Assembly: GCA_963808625.1 (NCBI GenBank)
Contig: CAWEHK010000025.1
Location: 32,001 to 96,000, forward strand
Direction: 5' to 3'
Length of the DNA: 64,000 nucleotides
Source: an uncultured delta proteobacterium
GTDB taxonomy: Bacteria > Desulfobacterota > Syntrophobacteria > Syntrophobacterales > Syntrophobacteraceae
Made by a program: the position numbers and the translations under genes. Below the pieces are notes generated by a model. It made no database searches. It was not told where the DNA came from and worked only from the letters and a program-made list of their open reading frames with translations. This document shows positions 1 to 12,143 of this stretch, in pieces (the stretch's first letter is position 1; every line of letters begins with the position of its first letter).

Positions 1-396
1 TTTCAACCCGGCATGACCCATGAACTGAAGGTGAAGACCAAGCCCGAAGATTCCGCGCAGAAGTTCTATCCCCACCTTCCCGACGTTTTTGCCACGCCGT
101 TTCTGGCAGGCCTGATGGAGAGGGTTTCGGCCGAGCTCATCAACATGCACCTGCAGCCCGGCGAACAGTCGGTCGGGATCTCGATGGACTTGAAGCACAT
201 GGCGGCCACGCCCCTGGGCATGGAGGTCCAAGTCAAGACGGAAGTGACTGCGGTCGAAGGCAAGAAGTTGACTTTCCGCCTCGAAGCCTTCGATGAAGTG
301 GAAAAGATCGGCGAAGCCACCCATGAGCGTTTCGTTATCCAGGCCGACAAGTTCAATTCACGAGTTGCTCAAAAAGCAAAGAAAATGGCATCTTAA
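1..396 (+). CDS. Thioesterase, FlK/hotdog-fold family (5' end probably upstream of the window)
   Basis: VFATPFLAGLME, SVG..H.AATPLG and IGEATHERF motifs; frame is open from base 1 (FQPGMTHE...). Confidence 0.85.
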   Translation, partial: FQPGMTHELKVKTKPEDSAQKFYPHLPDVFATPFLAGLMERVSAELINMHLQPGEQSVGISMDLKHMAATPLGMEVQVKTEVTAVEGKKLTFRLEAFDEVEKIGEATHERFVIQADKFNSRVAQKAKKMAS

Positions 397-450
397 GGGA
401 TGGGTCAACCTTTTTCGATATTTTGGCCATGACGGCGGGAGGTCTGTGTT

Positions 451-2462
451 ATGGGTACCACCGACTTGCGCGCGTTTTTTCATCCGTCAAGTATTGCGGT
501 CATTGGGGCCTCGGAGAGTGCGGGGAAACTGGGCCATGAGATCCTCAAGAACCTCGTGGAAGGTGGTTTTCCAGGCGCTCTCTATCCGATCAATCCGAAG
601 AGCGACCGGATTCTGGGCCTGACCTGTTTCAGGAATGTCAAGGATGTTCCGGAGAAGGTCGACCTGACCGTCCTGATCATTCCTGCCCGTCTCGTACCGC
701 AGGCGCTTCAGGATTGTGGCGAAAAGGGGGTAAAGGGGGCGGTCATCATTTCGGGCGGGTTCAGCGAAGCAGGACCCGAAGGAGAAGAACTCCAGAAAGC
801 GGCGGCAAGCGTTGCCGCCCGTTACGGAGTCCGGATCATCGGACCGAACTGCCAGGGCGTGAACAATCCCTACCATCCTCTGTGCGCCTCCTGGCCGCTC
901 TTGACCCGCAAGGGAGCGGTCGCCGTGATCAGCCAGAGCGGCACCGTCGGCGCGGCCATGATGGACTGGTTTTCGCTCGAAGAGCTGGGGGTTTCCAGCT
1001 TTGTGAGCCTGGGTAATCGCGCCGATGTGGACGAAATCGACCTGATCCAATACTTCGAGAATGATCCCAACACCAGGGTCATTGCGGCCTATATCGAGGG
1101 TGTTAAAGAACCCGGACCGCTTCCGCAAGGTCCTGGAATCCCTGAGCAAGCCGTTGGTCGTGCTGAAGTCCGGGCGGACTCCGGGGGGGCGGGTCGCGGC
1201 CGAATCGCATACCAAGTCCCTGGCCGGGACCGATGCCATCTATACGTCACTCTTTCAGCACCACAAAGTATGCCGGGCGGAAACCATTGAAGAATTCTTC
1301 GACTTCGCGAAAGGCTTTGCCTACCTGGCGCCTCCCGCCGGGAACCGGATCGTTTTTATCACCACTTCCGGGGGCGCCGCCATTCTGGCCACCGACGCCG
1401 CCGAACAGGAAGGGTTGCAGGTCGCGCCGCTCCCGGCGGAACTCGCGGCAAAGATGGAAGGCGTCATTCCCGCGCACGCCATTCGTGCCAATCCTCTGGA
1501 TTTGACCGGTGACGCCAACGCCCGGATGTTTCAGTGAAGTCATCGAGCGGGCTCGTCCCTACTACGACACCCTGGGCGTCATCTTTGGCGATCCCATCCT
1601 GGATGCCTCGCAGGTCGTCACTCCCGGCGCCAACGAGCTCATCATCTATCTGGGCGGCGCCGAAGTGGAGCGATCCGAAAAACTGAAAATGCACCACCAG
1701 GGCATACCCGTTTTCCCGACTCCCGAGCGGGCCATTCGCACCCTGGCGCAGCTCCTTCCTGCCGAAAAGAAGGCCACACGGGCAAAACACACCTTCCCGG
1801 CCGCAACCGGGCGATCCCAGTTGGGTGTCTTCGACAGCCTCAACTTTATCAAATCCAAGGGCTTTGATTGCATCGTCAACCGATTCGCCGAAAGCCCGGG
1901 GAAGGCCGTTCACCATGCCCACCTGATCGGTTTTCCGATCTCGATGAAAATCGATTCGCCGGATATCCTGCACAAGTCGGACTGCGGGGGAGTGCGGCTC
2001 AATCTCCAGACCCCTCACGGCCTGCGGAGCGCCTACGACCGGATGATGGAGCAAGTCCGGGCGCACCACCCGAAGGCCCGCATCAACGGCGTGGTGGTGA
2101 GCGCCATGGCGGCCCCGGGAGTGGAAGTGATCCTCGGGATGAACCGTGATCCCCAGTTTGGACCCGTCATTCTGTTCGGGTTGGGCGGGATCGCCGTCGA
2201 GTTGTTCCGTGACATTTCGATGCGCTTGCTGCCCCTTGATCGCGCTGAAGCCGTGAACATGATCAATGAGATCAAGAGCGCCTCGTTGCTGAAAGGGTTC
2301 CGCGGTCAGCAGGCGGTCGACGAGAACGCTCTCGTGGATGGGCTGCTCAAGCTGGCCCAAATTGCCGAGGAACATGAGGACATTGCGGAAATCGATCTGA
2401 ACCCGGTATTTGCTTATCCGGAAGGGATTGTCGTGGTCGATGCCCGGATTCTAAGAGTTTAA
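451..2462 (+). CDS. ADP-forming acetate/acyl-CoA ligase, fused CoA-binding and ATP-grasp domains (indels near 1110 and 1530)
   Basis: SIAVIGAS, IIGPNCQG, SQSG, AESHTKSLAG (phospho-His loop), NPLDLTGDA, HKSDCGGV, DPQFGPV and EIDLNPV motifs over three consecutive frames. Confidence 0.9.
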
Positions 2463-2564
2463 TGGCTGTCCTAATTCCGCCCGTCATACCGGCGGAAGCC
2501 GGTATCCAGGAAGTTCTGCCCCACAATCAGGGTTTGATCGACGGCGATCAAGGGCCAGGTTGAT

Positions 2565-2694
2565 TGAGAAATTGTCCAAAAACAACTTGCATTCATTTCA
2601 GCCCTTTTTCGAACCACAGAACACGAAGAGCACGAAGAAATCGACTTCGTGTTCTTCGTGGTGGAAGAAGGCCTTTTCTTTTTGGACGTCCTCA
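2565..2694. mobile_element. TIR-bounded MITE with internal 9-mer hairpin
   Basis: Ends GTCCAAAAA...TTTTTGGAC; closely similar inverted copy at 11710-11841. Confidence 0.75.
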
Positions 2695-2737
2695 TACGGC
2701 ATAGGGCTGGAAGGGCTGCCCCATGATCAAGGTTTGA

Positions 2738-3373
2738 TCAGAAGGCCAGCTTTTCGAGTTTCGCCAGGGCATCAATCGGTAAGGGGGAAGGAGGGGCGTT
2801 GCCGAGAAGGTGGGCAAAGAAGAGAATGCGTGCCGCGTGTTCCAGTTTTTCCAGGCGCAGGTAGGCTTCCGTCAGGTTCCTCCCAAGCGTCAGCGAGCCA
2901 TGCCGTTCGAGAAGGATGGCCTGGTGCTTTTCCAGGAAAGGGGCAAGGGCTTCAGGGACTTCCGCGGTGCACGGCGTCGCGTACGGAGCCGTGGGGACCG
3001 GGCCGAAGGTCAACCACACTTCCGGCAAGGCGTCCGCCACAAAGGGGATGCCCGCCAGCGTGAAGGCCGTCAGCATGGGCGGGTGCGCGTGCACGATGGC
3101 CGCAACATCGGCGCGCCGACGATACACTTCAAGATGCATGCGGATCTCACTGGACGGTTTCTCCCTCCCCGCGAGAACTTCGCCGTCAAGATCGAGAAGC
3201 AGAAGATCAACGGGTTTGAGTCCGCCTTTGGGTTTCCCACTGGGCGTAACGAGCAATCTGCCTTCACCAACCCTGCAGCTGACATTGCCGTCGGTTGCCG
3301 CGATCAAATCCTTTTCCGCAAGCTTCCGGCAGACTGCGATCACTTCCACCCGGGCACTGTTCTCTTCCTTCAT
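2738..3373 (-). CDS. Class II aldolase/adducin family protein
   Basis: DGNVS, LVTPSG, PSSEIRMH, IVHAHP and LERHG motifs. Confidence 0.9.
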   Translation of the reverse strand: MKEENSARVEVIAVCRKLAEKDLIAATDGNVSCRVGEGRLLVTPSGKPKGGLKPVDLLLLDLDGEVLAGREKPSSEIRMHLEVYRRRADVAAIVHAHPPMLTAFTLAGIPFVADALPEVWLTFGPVPTAPYATPCTAEVPEALAPFLEKHQAILLERHGSLTLGRNLTEAYLRLEKLEHAARILFFAHLLGNAPPSPLPIDALAKLEKLAF

Positions 3374-3633
3374 GGAATCTCTCCCTGTGAGTATTCACCG
3401 TTCCAGGCATTTTCCTGAATCATGGTGCGTGCTTTGCGTTTTTGGCCGGGATCTGTTACAAGTTATACCCGTGACGTGAAGGTTGAAATTCTTATCTCTT
3501 AGCCCAGAGACCACGGAGGACGCCAGAGAATGCTTCTTGTTGCCGGTCTTTCTCTGCGCTCTTTGCGCCTCTGCGGTGAGTATTCAGGTCCCTCAAAGTG
3601 AAGGATCTCATTCAGAGAGGAAATGCATTATCC

Positions 3634-4791
3634 ATGATCAAATGGTTCAAACGCAAGCAAAAGGCTACCCCTGAAGCCACCGCAGAAATACCTCAAATGG
3701 TTGTGCCGGCATCTGAATTCGTTGCCGACGAGGTCCCGGAAGATGAGACCGTCGTTTCCGAAAAAGACCTGAGAGAAACCGTTCCGGATGCTGCCGAAGA
3801 GGCTGAGGTATCCCCGGATGCCGGCACTCCGCCGACTGAGACGGAGGAGGAAGAACCTCAACTTGACTCTGGTCGCGAAAAGGGGCGATTCTTCAAGCGC
3901 TTGCGGGAGCGTCTCCAGAAGACTCGCGAACAGTTGAGCAACCGCGTTGATCGGCTCGTCCTCGGGAAAAAGACCATCGACCTCGACCTGCTGGACGAAC
4001 TCGAGGAGGTGCTGATTACCTCCGATCTCGGCGTCCGCACCGCTCAGGTGCTCCTGCAAAAAGTGACGGAAAAGATCAAACGGGATGAGCTCAAAGATCC
4101 GGCAAAGCTCAGGGACCAGTTGCGCGAGGAGATTCAAACCCTGCTCTCGGTGCCTGCGGAACCTTTTAATTTCCAGGCCGGTCGTCCCTTCGTCATCATG
4201 GTCATCGGCGTAAACGGGGTGGGAAAGACCACGACCATTGGCAAGCTTGCTCATCAGCTCAAACAGGAAGGCTTAAAAGTGATGCTGGTCGCTGCGGATA
4301 CCTTCCGGGCCGCGGCCATCGAGCAACTCACGCTTTGGGCGGAACGGGTGGACGTCCCGATCGTTCGCCAGAAGAGCGGGTCCGATCCATCCGCTGTCGC
4401 CTTTGATGCCATCGAGGCCGCAATCGCGCGGGATATGGATGTGGTCATATTGGACACGGCGGGGCGGATGCATACCAAGGTCAACCTCATGGAGGAGCTC
4501 AAGAAAGTTCAGCGGGTGCTCAACAAGAAAATTCCTGCCGCACCCCACGAAGTCCTGCTGGTTCTCGACGCCTCGACCGGCCAGAATGCACTGTCTCAAG
4601 CCCGGCTCTTCAAGGAAAGCATCGGGGTAACCGGCCTGGTCCTGACCAAACTGGACGGGACGGCCAAGGGCGGGATTGTTGCTGCCATTTGTGACGAACT
4701 GAAACTGCCTGTGCGCTACATCGGTATCGGCGAAACTCTGGAAGACCTGCGACCCTTCAATCCCGAAGAATTCACCATGGCGCTCTTTTGA
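3634..4791 (+). CDS. ftsY: Signal recognition particle receptor FtsY
   Basis: Acidic N-terminus; [22 protein letters not shown] and [10 protein letters not shown] motifs. Confidence 0.97.
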   Translation: MIKWFKRKQKATPEATAEIPQMVVPASEFVADEVPEDETVVSEKDLRETVPDAAEEAEVSPDAGTPPTETEEEEPQLDSGREKGRFFKRLRERLQKTREQLSNRVDRLVLGKKTIDLDLLDELEEVLITSDLGVRTAQVLLQKVTEKIKRDELKDPAKLRDQLREEIQTLLSVPAEPFNFQAGRPFVIMVIGVNGVGKTTTIGKLAHQLKQEGLKVMLVAADTFRAAAIEQLTLWAERVDVPIVRQKSGSDPSAVAFDAIEAAIARDMDVVILDTAGRMHTKVNLMEELKKVQRVLNKKIPAAPHEVLLVLDASTGQNALSQARLFKESIGVTGLVLTKLDGTAKGGIVAAICDELKLPVRYIGIGETLEDLRPFNPEEFTMALF

Positions 4792-5094
4792 CAGCGGCTG
4801 CAGCGCAGCCTCAGCCACTAACCACAACCACAAAAGATTCACCGCAGAGACGCAGAGGACGCAGAGAAAACAATAAGTTAGGAAAAAATCCTGACAAGAT
4901 TTCAAGAATTCGCAGGATCACAGTGCAGAGAGAATCAATTGGTTTTCTCCGCGCTCTCTGCGCCTTTGCGGTGAGTCATTGGGCACGAGCTGGCTGGCAT
5001 TTGCGCGGAAATAGCGTCGCGAAGTCGTCTGGGTAATTGTCATTCCGGGGCGGTAGCCTTTAACGATGAAAATGACCCAGGATCGCATGCTGTT

Positions 5095-5139
5095 ACTCAG
5101 CACCCAGCACTCAGCACTCAGCACTCAGCACTCAGCACT
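5095..5139 (+). repeat. Heptamer tandem array (ACTCAGC)n
   Basis: About six direct copies. Confidence 0.9.
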
Positions 5140-5170
5140 ATTCTCTATGTAAAGCTTTATGGAGGCGAAG

Positions 5171-6349
5171 ATGGAAGGGGCATTGGCAGGTGTCAAGAGT
5201 ATTGGATTTGTCGCGTCTTCTTCCCGGTCCCTTTTGCTCGATGCTCCTTGCTGACATGGGGGCGGACGTGATCAAGGTTGAAGACCCCGACGGGGGCGAC
5301 TACATCCGCTCGTGGCCGCCCCTCATCGGGAAGAACAGCGGTTTTCATGTCGTCCTCAACCGGAACAAGCGATCCCTCACCCTCAATCTGAAGCTCACCG
5401 AGGGGAAAAGCCTTTTTCAGCGGCTCGTCAAAGGGGCCGACGTCGTCCTTGAGAGCTTCCGACCGGGGGTCATGGCACGGCTGGGTCTGGGTTACGAAAC
5501 CTTGAAAGCCATCAATCCACGCCTCGTCTACTGCACGATCACCGGGTACGGGTGCGACGGGCAGCGATCCCGGAAAGCCGGCCACGACCTCAACTTCCTC
5601 GCCCTCAATGGCGTGCTGTCTTACAGTGGAAGGGACGGCCAACCCACGCTCACCGCCGTGCAAATCGCCGACCTGGGAGGCGGGGCCCTGTACGCGGCTT
5701 TCAGTATCGTGACCGCCCTGCTGGCCCGCGAACGCCTGGGCGAGGGACAGTTCATCGATGTTCCCCTGATGGATAGCTCACTTACCTGGAATTGTCTGAG
5801 GTGGGGGAAATATCTCGGTGATGGAAAAATCCCCTATCCCGGCGACGATCTCCTCAATCATGGATTTGCCTGCTACAACCTTTATGAAACCCGGGATGGC
5901 CGCTATATGAGCCTGGGCGCTCTCGAACCTCAATTCTGGAAGGCTTTTTGTAAAGCTGCTGGGCATCCCGAGTGGAACCAACCGAACTACTTCGAGCCGG
6001 GACCTCACCAGCAAGTATTGCAACAAGAAGTTGCCTCGTTCTTCAGGCAAAGAACCCTGGCGGAATGGGTGGACCATTTTGAAGGCATTGATTGCTGCTG
6101 CGAGCCGATACTGAATTTGGCGGAAGTGATGGATGACCCTGACATGCGGGCTCGGCAGATGGTCGTCGAGATGGTGCATGAAAGCTGGGGGGCCTATCGA
6201 CAGATGGGAATCGCTCCCAAGTTTTCTTTGACTCCCGGAGCTCTCAGGACTCACGCCCCGGAGCTGGGAGAGCACACCCATGCCATCTTAGCGGAATGGG
6301 GGTGTCGCCGGTCGAAATTGAGGCCTTGCAGATTGAGGGCGCGATTTGA
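5171..6349 (+). CDS. CaiB/BaiF family III CoA-transferase (indels near both ends)
   Basis: RVLDLSRLLPGP, LADMGADVIKVE, NRNKRS, GHDLNF and APELGEHT motifs; RBS GGAGG before ATG 5171. Confidence 0.9.
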
Positions 6350-6378
6350 GGCTGTTGTTGAGTTATGCTGTTGTAGAG

Positions 6379-6627
6379 TTATTTCGAATGACCCGGCAAC
6401 TCGATGGTGGTGCAGCTTTTTCCAGGCCCACAGGTCTTGCTGGTCACGCTTGGCGAAGCATCATTGCCGCCGGAGGAACCCATAGCGTAGCTCACCCGGC
6501 TGAGGACCCGTTCGAGCTCCTCTCCCTGGCAGGCTCCGCATTTCATTTCAATCTGCTCAGCGGCGTTGGTGAGCAGAAATTCCTGGAGGTTTCCACATTG
6601 GGTGCATCGAAACTCGTAAATGGGCAT
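6379..6627 (-). CDS. FmdB family zinc-ribbon protein
   Basis: MPIYEFRCTQCG...CGACQG signature; RBS AAGGAG. Confidence 0.9.
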   Translation of the reverse strand: MPIYEFRCTQCGNLQEFLLTNAAEQIEMKCGACQGEELERVLSRVSYAMGSSGGNDASPSVTSKTCGPGKSCTTIELPGHSK

Positions 6628-6779
6628 TATTTCTCCTTGTCGTTTGGCACCGATTCATGTTCATGAGGCACGCGGGGATTTTTAACCAATGACTCAAAGG
6701 CTGTCAATTGCCGAGTCCGGCAAACGGCTGCTGAGCTCAGCTTTTTGGTGAAGAATGAGAGAGAGGTTCGAGACCAGAG

Positions 6780-7450
6780 ATGGACCACATCAACAGCACC
6801 ACCCCGGTTTGTGTCCAGTGCGGCGAATGCTGCCGCAAAGGGAGCCCCACGCTGCATCTTGAGGATCTTGAACTGCTGCGGGAAGGAAAGATTCCCTGGC
6901 GGCAACTGGTCACCCTGAGGGCCGGCGAGCCGGCCTATTCACCCTTTGACGAGAAGCCCTTCCAGCTCCCTTCCGAATGCATCAAAATTCGGGAAGAGCC
7001 CGGAGCAAACCGCTGTGTCTTTCTCGACGACCAGACCACCCAATGCCGGATCTACAGAGATCGGCCGGTGCAGTGCCGAGCCCAGACCTGCTGGGACCCG
7101 ACGCCGGCCAGGCAGTTGTCCAAGCTGCCCCATCTTACCCGTCGGGACATCTTTGGTGACGTTGAGCTGCTGGGCGAGATCCTGGCCGAGCACGATCAGC
7201 GATGCTCCTTCAAAAAACTGAGCGAAGTCTTCACCCGCTTGACTGAGGGCGAAGGTGCAGCGGTCGATGCCGCCCTCGAGCTCCTTGCCTACGAAGATCA
7301 TTTTCGCCATTTCTTTGCGGAACGTTTGAAGGTCCCCGAGGACAACTCTCGATCTCGTTTTCGGAAGGAGTTTTGTTGAGCTGGTACCGCTCTTCGGCTT
7401 CCGTGTGGTGACCGAACCCGACGGCAGTCGCTGCCTGATCCTCAGAGACT
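6780..7450 (+). CDS. YkgJ family cysteine-cluster protein (3' end uncertain, indel near 7345)
   Basis: CVQCGECC, CVFLD and CRIYRDRPVQCR motifs. Confidence 0.8.
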
Positions 7451-7847
7451 GCCTGAGATCAATTCATCATCTTCAGAGCTGCACTGAATACACGGAAGTT
7501 ACCAGAGATACTAGAGCTTGGGAAGCGGATTGTTGCGATTTTTCCAGTTTCTATCGTGGTTTTAATCGGGTGCAAAACTGAGAGCCGGTTACTTTTGAAC
7601 AGCGCCTTAGTGCAGCACAGCTGGTAAAGTGTCCAGTACCACCCGGTCGTCATTCCCGCATGCTGCGAGCTGGGAACCGGAATGCACGCCTGGATGCCCG
7701 CGAAACGCGCGGGAATGACGAGTGGCAATCGAGACGCATTTATGCAGGGCGGTACTTGGAAGCGGGCTGAAGCTGGATCTCTGAGTCTTTCAAGTTCCTC
7801 ATCAGTGATCACTCCCTGCGGTCCTGCGGCCAAATTTTTGACTCCCT

Positions 7848-7950
7848 GTCCACTGACCACTTTCTACTCACTACTTCCTACTGCTCACTGCTTACTCCGA
7901 CTCCCTACTCCCTACTTCTACTGCTTCTACTCTCTCACTCTCTACTCCCC
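7848..7950 (+). repeat. Degenerate heptamer array (CTACTCC-like)
   Basis: Recurring CTACT/CACT at ~7-nt spacing. Confidence 0.7.
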
Positions 7951-8793
7951 TGCCTCTGATCCAGGTCCCCGTCTGGGTATAGCGCTGAGTGACGGCCTTG
8001 AGCTCTTTGCGCCGTTCCAGGAACTTCTCCTTCATCCCCTGCAGCCACCGGGCATGGCGTTCAACACCCTGGTAGCTTAAGAACAGGGGATGGTCACCAG
8101 GTGCCGTGTGAACCTCGAGGCCTTCCTCCGCGCACCGGTAATGACCCGAACTGCTGCAAAGCATGCATCGAAGCCGGCCGTCGCCCAGGAAACGAAAGGT
8201 ATCTCCCCCACAGAGGGGACAGTGCGGAATTGTCCGATCAACCGCCGCGTCCTTCTCCTGGAGTACTTTTGCCAGACGCTGAGCCGCGGCGGCCCCGTCA
8301 CCTTCAAGGAAAATCTCACCGGGAAGAGCGCCATAGACGACGGCGGTGCCCCTAGATCCCCGAAAGTAAGTTTGACAAAGCTTTCCACAGCAAGCTTGGT
8401 ATACCCTTCCATGCCCGTGATGCCGGCAATGGCAACCCCCACCGCGGGCTTCCCCCAGAGCCTGTCGAGATGAGCATAGAAGGCGAGCCCCCGGTCCAGA
8501 AAGCGCTTGAGACTGGCGTTTGGCCCCAGCAGGTACGTCGGCGCAGCAACCACATAGGCATCGGACTCGATGAGGGCCTGCAGGACCACCGCAAAGTCGT
8601 CATCCTGGCGGCACTGCATTTCTCCAAAAAGACACTGGTAGCAGGCCCGGCACGGTCGAATATCCAACTCGGGAAGCCGCACGAGGGTGAGCCTCCACTC
8701 GCCCGTGAGCTGCCGGTAAAGCTCCTTGATAAAGAGTTCCGAGTTGCCGAATTTGCGGGGGGAGCAGACGATGCCTAAGAGGTCCTTCACCAT
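7892..8793 (-). CDS. Flavodoxin-like / iron-sulfur flavoprotein family protein (frameshifted)
   Basis: CSPRKFGNSE, PCRACYQC...C and APTY...LKRFLDR motifs; continues in other frames to about 7892. Confidence 0.8.
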
Positions 8794-8840
8794 ATCTACA
8801 ACACTCCATGCAAGCTATTACCAGGAAAAATTTCCTCGCC

Positions 8841-9063
8841 TTAGAAGGTGTCCAAAAAGACGAAAAAAGTGCCGTTACAACGATTTCCGCGATGCTCGCC
8901 AGAACGCTGGGGAAAATGCCCAGATCTGTCATTCCCGCAGGCCTTAAGCGGGAATCCAGGCGCCGATTGCTCCCCGGCCCCTCGCCAAAGCTTGTCCCCC
9001 GAAGGTTTTAGGCGGGGAGCACGCGGGGGTGACGAGCCGAGGACGTTCTTGGAGAGTTCTTAA
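8841..9063. mobile_element. TIR-bounded element enclosing a GTCATTCCCG-type REP
   Basis: TTAGAAGGTGTCCAAAAA ... TTCTTGGAGAGTTCTTAA. Confidence 0.55.
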
Positions 9064-9104
9064 GCGTGAATCCCGGAGGCGCGCCGCCGTGTCGAACGAT
9101 GCAC

Positions 9105-9140
9105 AAAAAAAAACTAACCGGCGGGGCTAGGACCGGTTAG
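9105..9140 (-). terminator. Intrinsic terminator
   Basis: 8-bp stem CTAACCGG/CCGGTTAG followed by 9 T on the minus strand. Confidence 0.8.
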
Positions 9141-9175
9141 CTTTTGAGGAGGAAAGAGTTGGTTTCTCTTGTCGC
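9105..9175 (-). ncRNA. Candidate sigma54-dependent small RNA with an anti-Shine-Dalgarno motif
   Basis: About 70 nt with no ORF, between a -24/-12 promoter and an intrinsic terminator; contains CTTTCCTCCTC. Confidence 0.55.
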
Positions 9176-9185
9176 GTTATGATTA

Positions 9186-9201
9186 AGCAAGAACGATGCC
9201 A
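9186..9201 (-). promoter_or_regulatory. Sigma54 (-24/-12) promoter
   Basis: TGGCATCGTTCTTGCT has the GG-N10-GC spacing and the TTGC element of the consensus. Confidence 0.7.
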
Positions 9202-9372
9202 TGTCATCACCAACTTCCCAATTTTCTCTTCGACGCGCATTACTCAACACTCCCACGGGTAACTGCCGGTTACAACCCAAAACCCTAAATCCCGCCTTTT
9301 TGAACTATTCCCGCCACAATCCCGCCATATCCCGCCATGCCCGCTGAGCTATCCGGCTAATCTGTCTGGTTT

Positions 9373-10621
9373 CTACAGGTGCCGGCCGCCATCAGTTCCC
9401 TGAAAGAACGCCCCGTATTGCGCAGCAATAATCCGCCAGTCATATCTTGTCTTTACAAAATCCCTGCCAGCCTTCCCCAAGGACAAACGAATTGCCGGAT
9501 CGTCGAGCAGGTCGATGATTTTTTCGGCCAGCGCGCCGGAGTCCTTTGCGGGGACGATGAGACCGGTTTTACCGTCCACAATGATATCACGCATGGCGGG
9601 AAGGTCCGTAGCGATGACTGCACATTCGCACCCCATGGCCTCGACCAGAACCAGACCGAAGCCTTCCTGATCGCCATCCCGGCCAACAATGGAAGGAAAG
9701 ACCACAATCTCGGCTGCCTGGTACAGTGCAGGAATGTCCGTGTTCGGAACGGCGCCAAGAAATCGAACATGCCGTTCCAGGCCAAGCGCAGCGACAAGCC
9801 GGCGAACGGCTTCCTCTTCGGGCCCACTTCCGGCAATGGTCAGGCTGGCCGCCGGGTGTTTTTCCAGAACCATCGGCATGGCCCTGATAAGGTAGGGCAG
9901 CCCTTTCTTTTCGACCAGTCTTCCCACAAACAGCAAAGACTGCTTCCGCCGCCTGCCTGATTGCGCGAGAAATCGCCCTTCCAGATCGACCCCCATAGGG
10001 ATGACACGGATCTTGTCACCATCAGCACCCATGGCAATCAACCGCTCCCGCATCACTCGGCTCACCACCGTAAGACCGCTGCAGGACGCGACGATAAAGC
10101 CGCTTGAGGCCCTCCCAGATCGACCCTCTGAGGGCAAACAGGTCAGCGCCATGGGAGGTACAAAGGACGGGCGCCGAAACGCGAGCGATCCTGACCGCAA
10201 GGACCGCCGCCAGACCCTGAGGAACCAGCCAGTGCGCATGAATAAGGTCGAATTTTTGCCGGCGGAGCATGAGTACAAGGCTGACCAACTGAGCGCAAAG
10301 AAAGAAGGGCACCAGGCCATAGCACCAGGGTTGTCGCCTCAGATTGGCGAGAATTCCTCCTCCCCCCTGTTCGCTGCCGTAGGCCAGCACCTCGCCTTTC
10401 TCCCAAAAGTACCGGAAGCGATGAACCGCCAGCCCGTTGAGCTCTTCCTTCGCTTTTGCACCCGGCGCATGAGGTGAAAGAACGTGTATCCGGAAGGCAC
10501 CGCGGAGCCGGCAACAGAGTTCAAATACAAAAGGAGGGTCTCGGTCATTATGCCACCTGGGAAAGGTGGACGTCAGGACCAGGACGCTTTTGATAGAAGA
10601 AGACGAGGGCTGCGAATTCAT
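9373..10621 (-). CDS. Glycosyltransferase family 4 (frameshifted near 10100)
   Basis: VLTSTFPRW, IHAHWLVPQG, FVGRLVEKKG and EGFGLVLVEAMGC motifs. Confidence 0.9.
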
Positions 10622-10680
10622 GGAGGTTGCCGGCACCAGCATTGGAAATGGATGATAAAACCGGATGACCGGACCGCTTG

Positions 10681-11541
10681 TCAGCCACCTTTTTCGATGC
10701 GGTCATACCGCAGTTGGGTGATCTGTTCACTGACCAGTCCGATCATGAAAATAATCACGGAACTGATCAGGAGCAGCGCCGACATATTCGTAAAGCGGCC
10801 GGCGGTAAAGTAGGTGAAAGCGTAATTGACGAGCCCCGAAAGGAGAAAGAGAACGCTGACGGGAAGAAAGATGCGAAGAGGGGAAAAAAAAGTGATGATT
10901 TTAATAAGGATTAAGAAGAACTTGCCGCCATCTCCAAAAATTCTGATTTTGCTCTTCCCTTCCCCTCGCTTCCTGGCTTGAATGGGAGCATAAAGGACGG
11001 TGCGGCCACTCCGCAGATAAGCCAGCGTCAAGGTCGTCGGGTAAGAGAAAGAATTCGGAAGAAGATAAAGATAACGGGTTACGGTCTCTCTTTCCACCAC
11101 CCTGAACCCCGACGTCAGGTCCTCGATGGGGAACTTGGTCGCGTACCGGGCAATCAAATTATAGACTTGATTCGCCGCAAACCGAAACCGGTTAGCGTGG
11201 CCTCCGGGGTCGCGCGCGCCCACAACCATGTCGTAGGTCTCGGCAGCTTCAAGGAGCTTCGGTATGTCCTTCGGATCATGCTGCCCGTCGCCGTCCATGA
11301 GGACAATTTTACTCCCTGACGCAAGGCGAATGCCGGTCTTCACGGCAGCGCCATTGCCGATGTTATAGGGATGACTCCAGACGTAAGCCCCAGCCTCACG
11401 TGCCACCGCTCCACTGCCGTCCGTGGAGCCATCGTCAACCACCAGGATTTCCGCATCGGGGAGGTATTTGCGAATGTTGCGAACGGTTTCTCCAATCGCT
11501 TGCGCTTCGTTATAAACGGGAATCACGACCGAAATTTTCAT
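10681..11541 (-). CDS. Glycosyltransferase family 2 with C-terminal TM helices
   Basis: ISVVIPVYNE, VVDDGSTD, DGDGQH and DLTSGFR motifs. Confidence 0.92.
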   Translation of the reverse strand: MKISVVIPVYNEAQAIGETVRNIRKYLPDAEILVVDDGSTDGSGAVAREAGAYVWSHPYNIGNGAAVKTGIRLASGSKIVLMDGDGQHDPKDIPKLLEAAETYDMVVGARDPGGHANRFRFAANQVYNLIARYATKFPIEDLTSGFRVVERETVTRYLYLLPNSFSYPTTLTLAYLRSGRTVLYAPIQARKRGEGKSKIRIFGDGGKFFLILIKIITFFSPLRIFLPVSVLFLLSGLVNYAFTYFTAGRFTNMSALLLISSVIIFMIGLVSEQITQLRYDRIEKGG

Positions 11542-11709
11542 ACCCAAAAGCTCACCGGAAAAGGTTGAAAAGACCCGAAGGAACAGGTGGAGCGGTTACA
11601 GCCAACTGACCGGACCCCATCCTCAAGCAGGCTGTGAGCTTATGCCCTCAGCAGCGAAAAAGCAAGGAACAAGTAGTAGTCGAGGAGACGAAAGCGGGGC
11701 CCCAACGCT

Positions 11710-11841
11710 TAGGGGGCGTCCAAAAATAAAAGGCCTTCTTTTGCCACGAAGAACACGAAGGACAGGAAGTGAATTCTTCGTGCTCTTCGCGGTTTGAAAA
11801 AGGGCTGAAATGAGTGCAAGTTGTTTTTGGAAAGTGTCTCA
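11710..11841. mobile_element. MITE, inverted copy of the 2565-2694 element
   Basis: Reverse complement shares CCAAAAACAACTTGCA-TCATTTCAGCCCTTTTTC-AACC and AGAAGGCCTTTT-TTTTTGGACG. Confidence 0.75.
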
Positions 11842-12143
11842 GTACTACAACGGTACTTTGAGGAAGGCTCAAACTGCGTGGGGCAGGCTTTCCAGCCTGC
11901 CATGCCCAACTGGCCAAAAGGCAGGCTGGAAAGCCTGCCCCACAAATCAAGGCTGCCTGCGGAAACCTCGTTGTAATGTTAGTACAGCTCCGCATAAATG
12001 AGTGTCCGAATTCGAGTCGTCATTCCCGCGCGCTTCTGGCGGGAATCCAGGCCCTGCAAATTCTCTGGATCCCCGCTAAGGCTTGTCCCCGCAGGCCATA
12101 GGCGGGGAGCATGCGGGAATGACGTCCTGAGATTAAGGTCACT

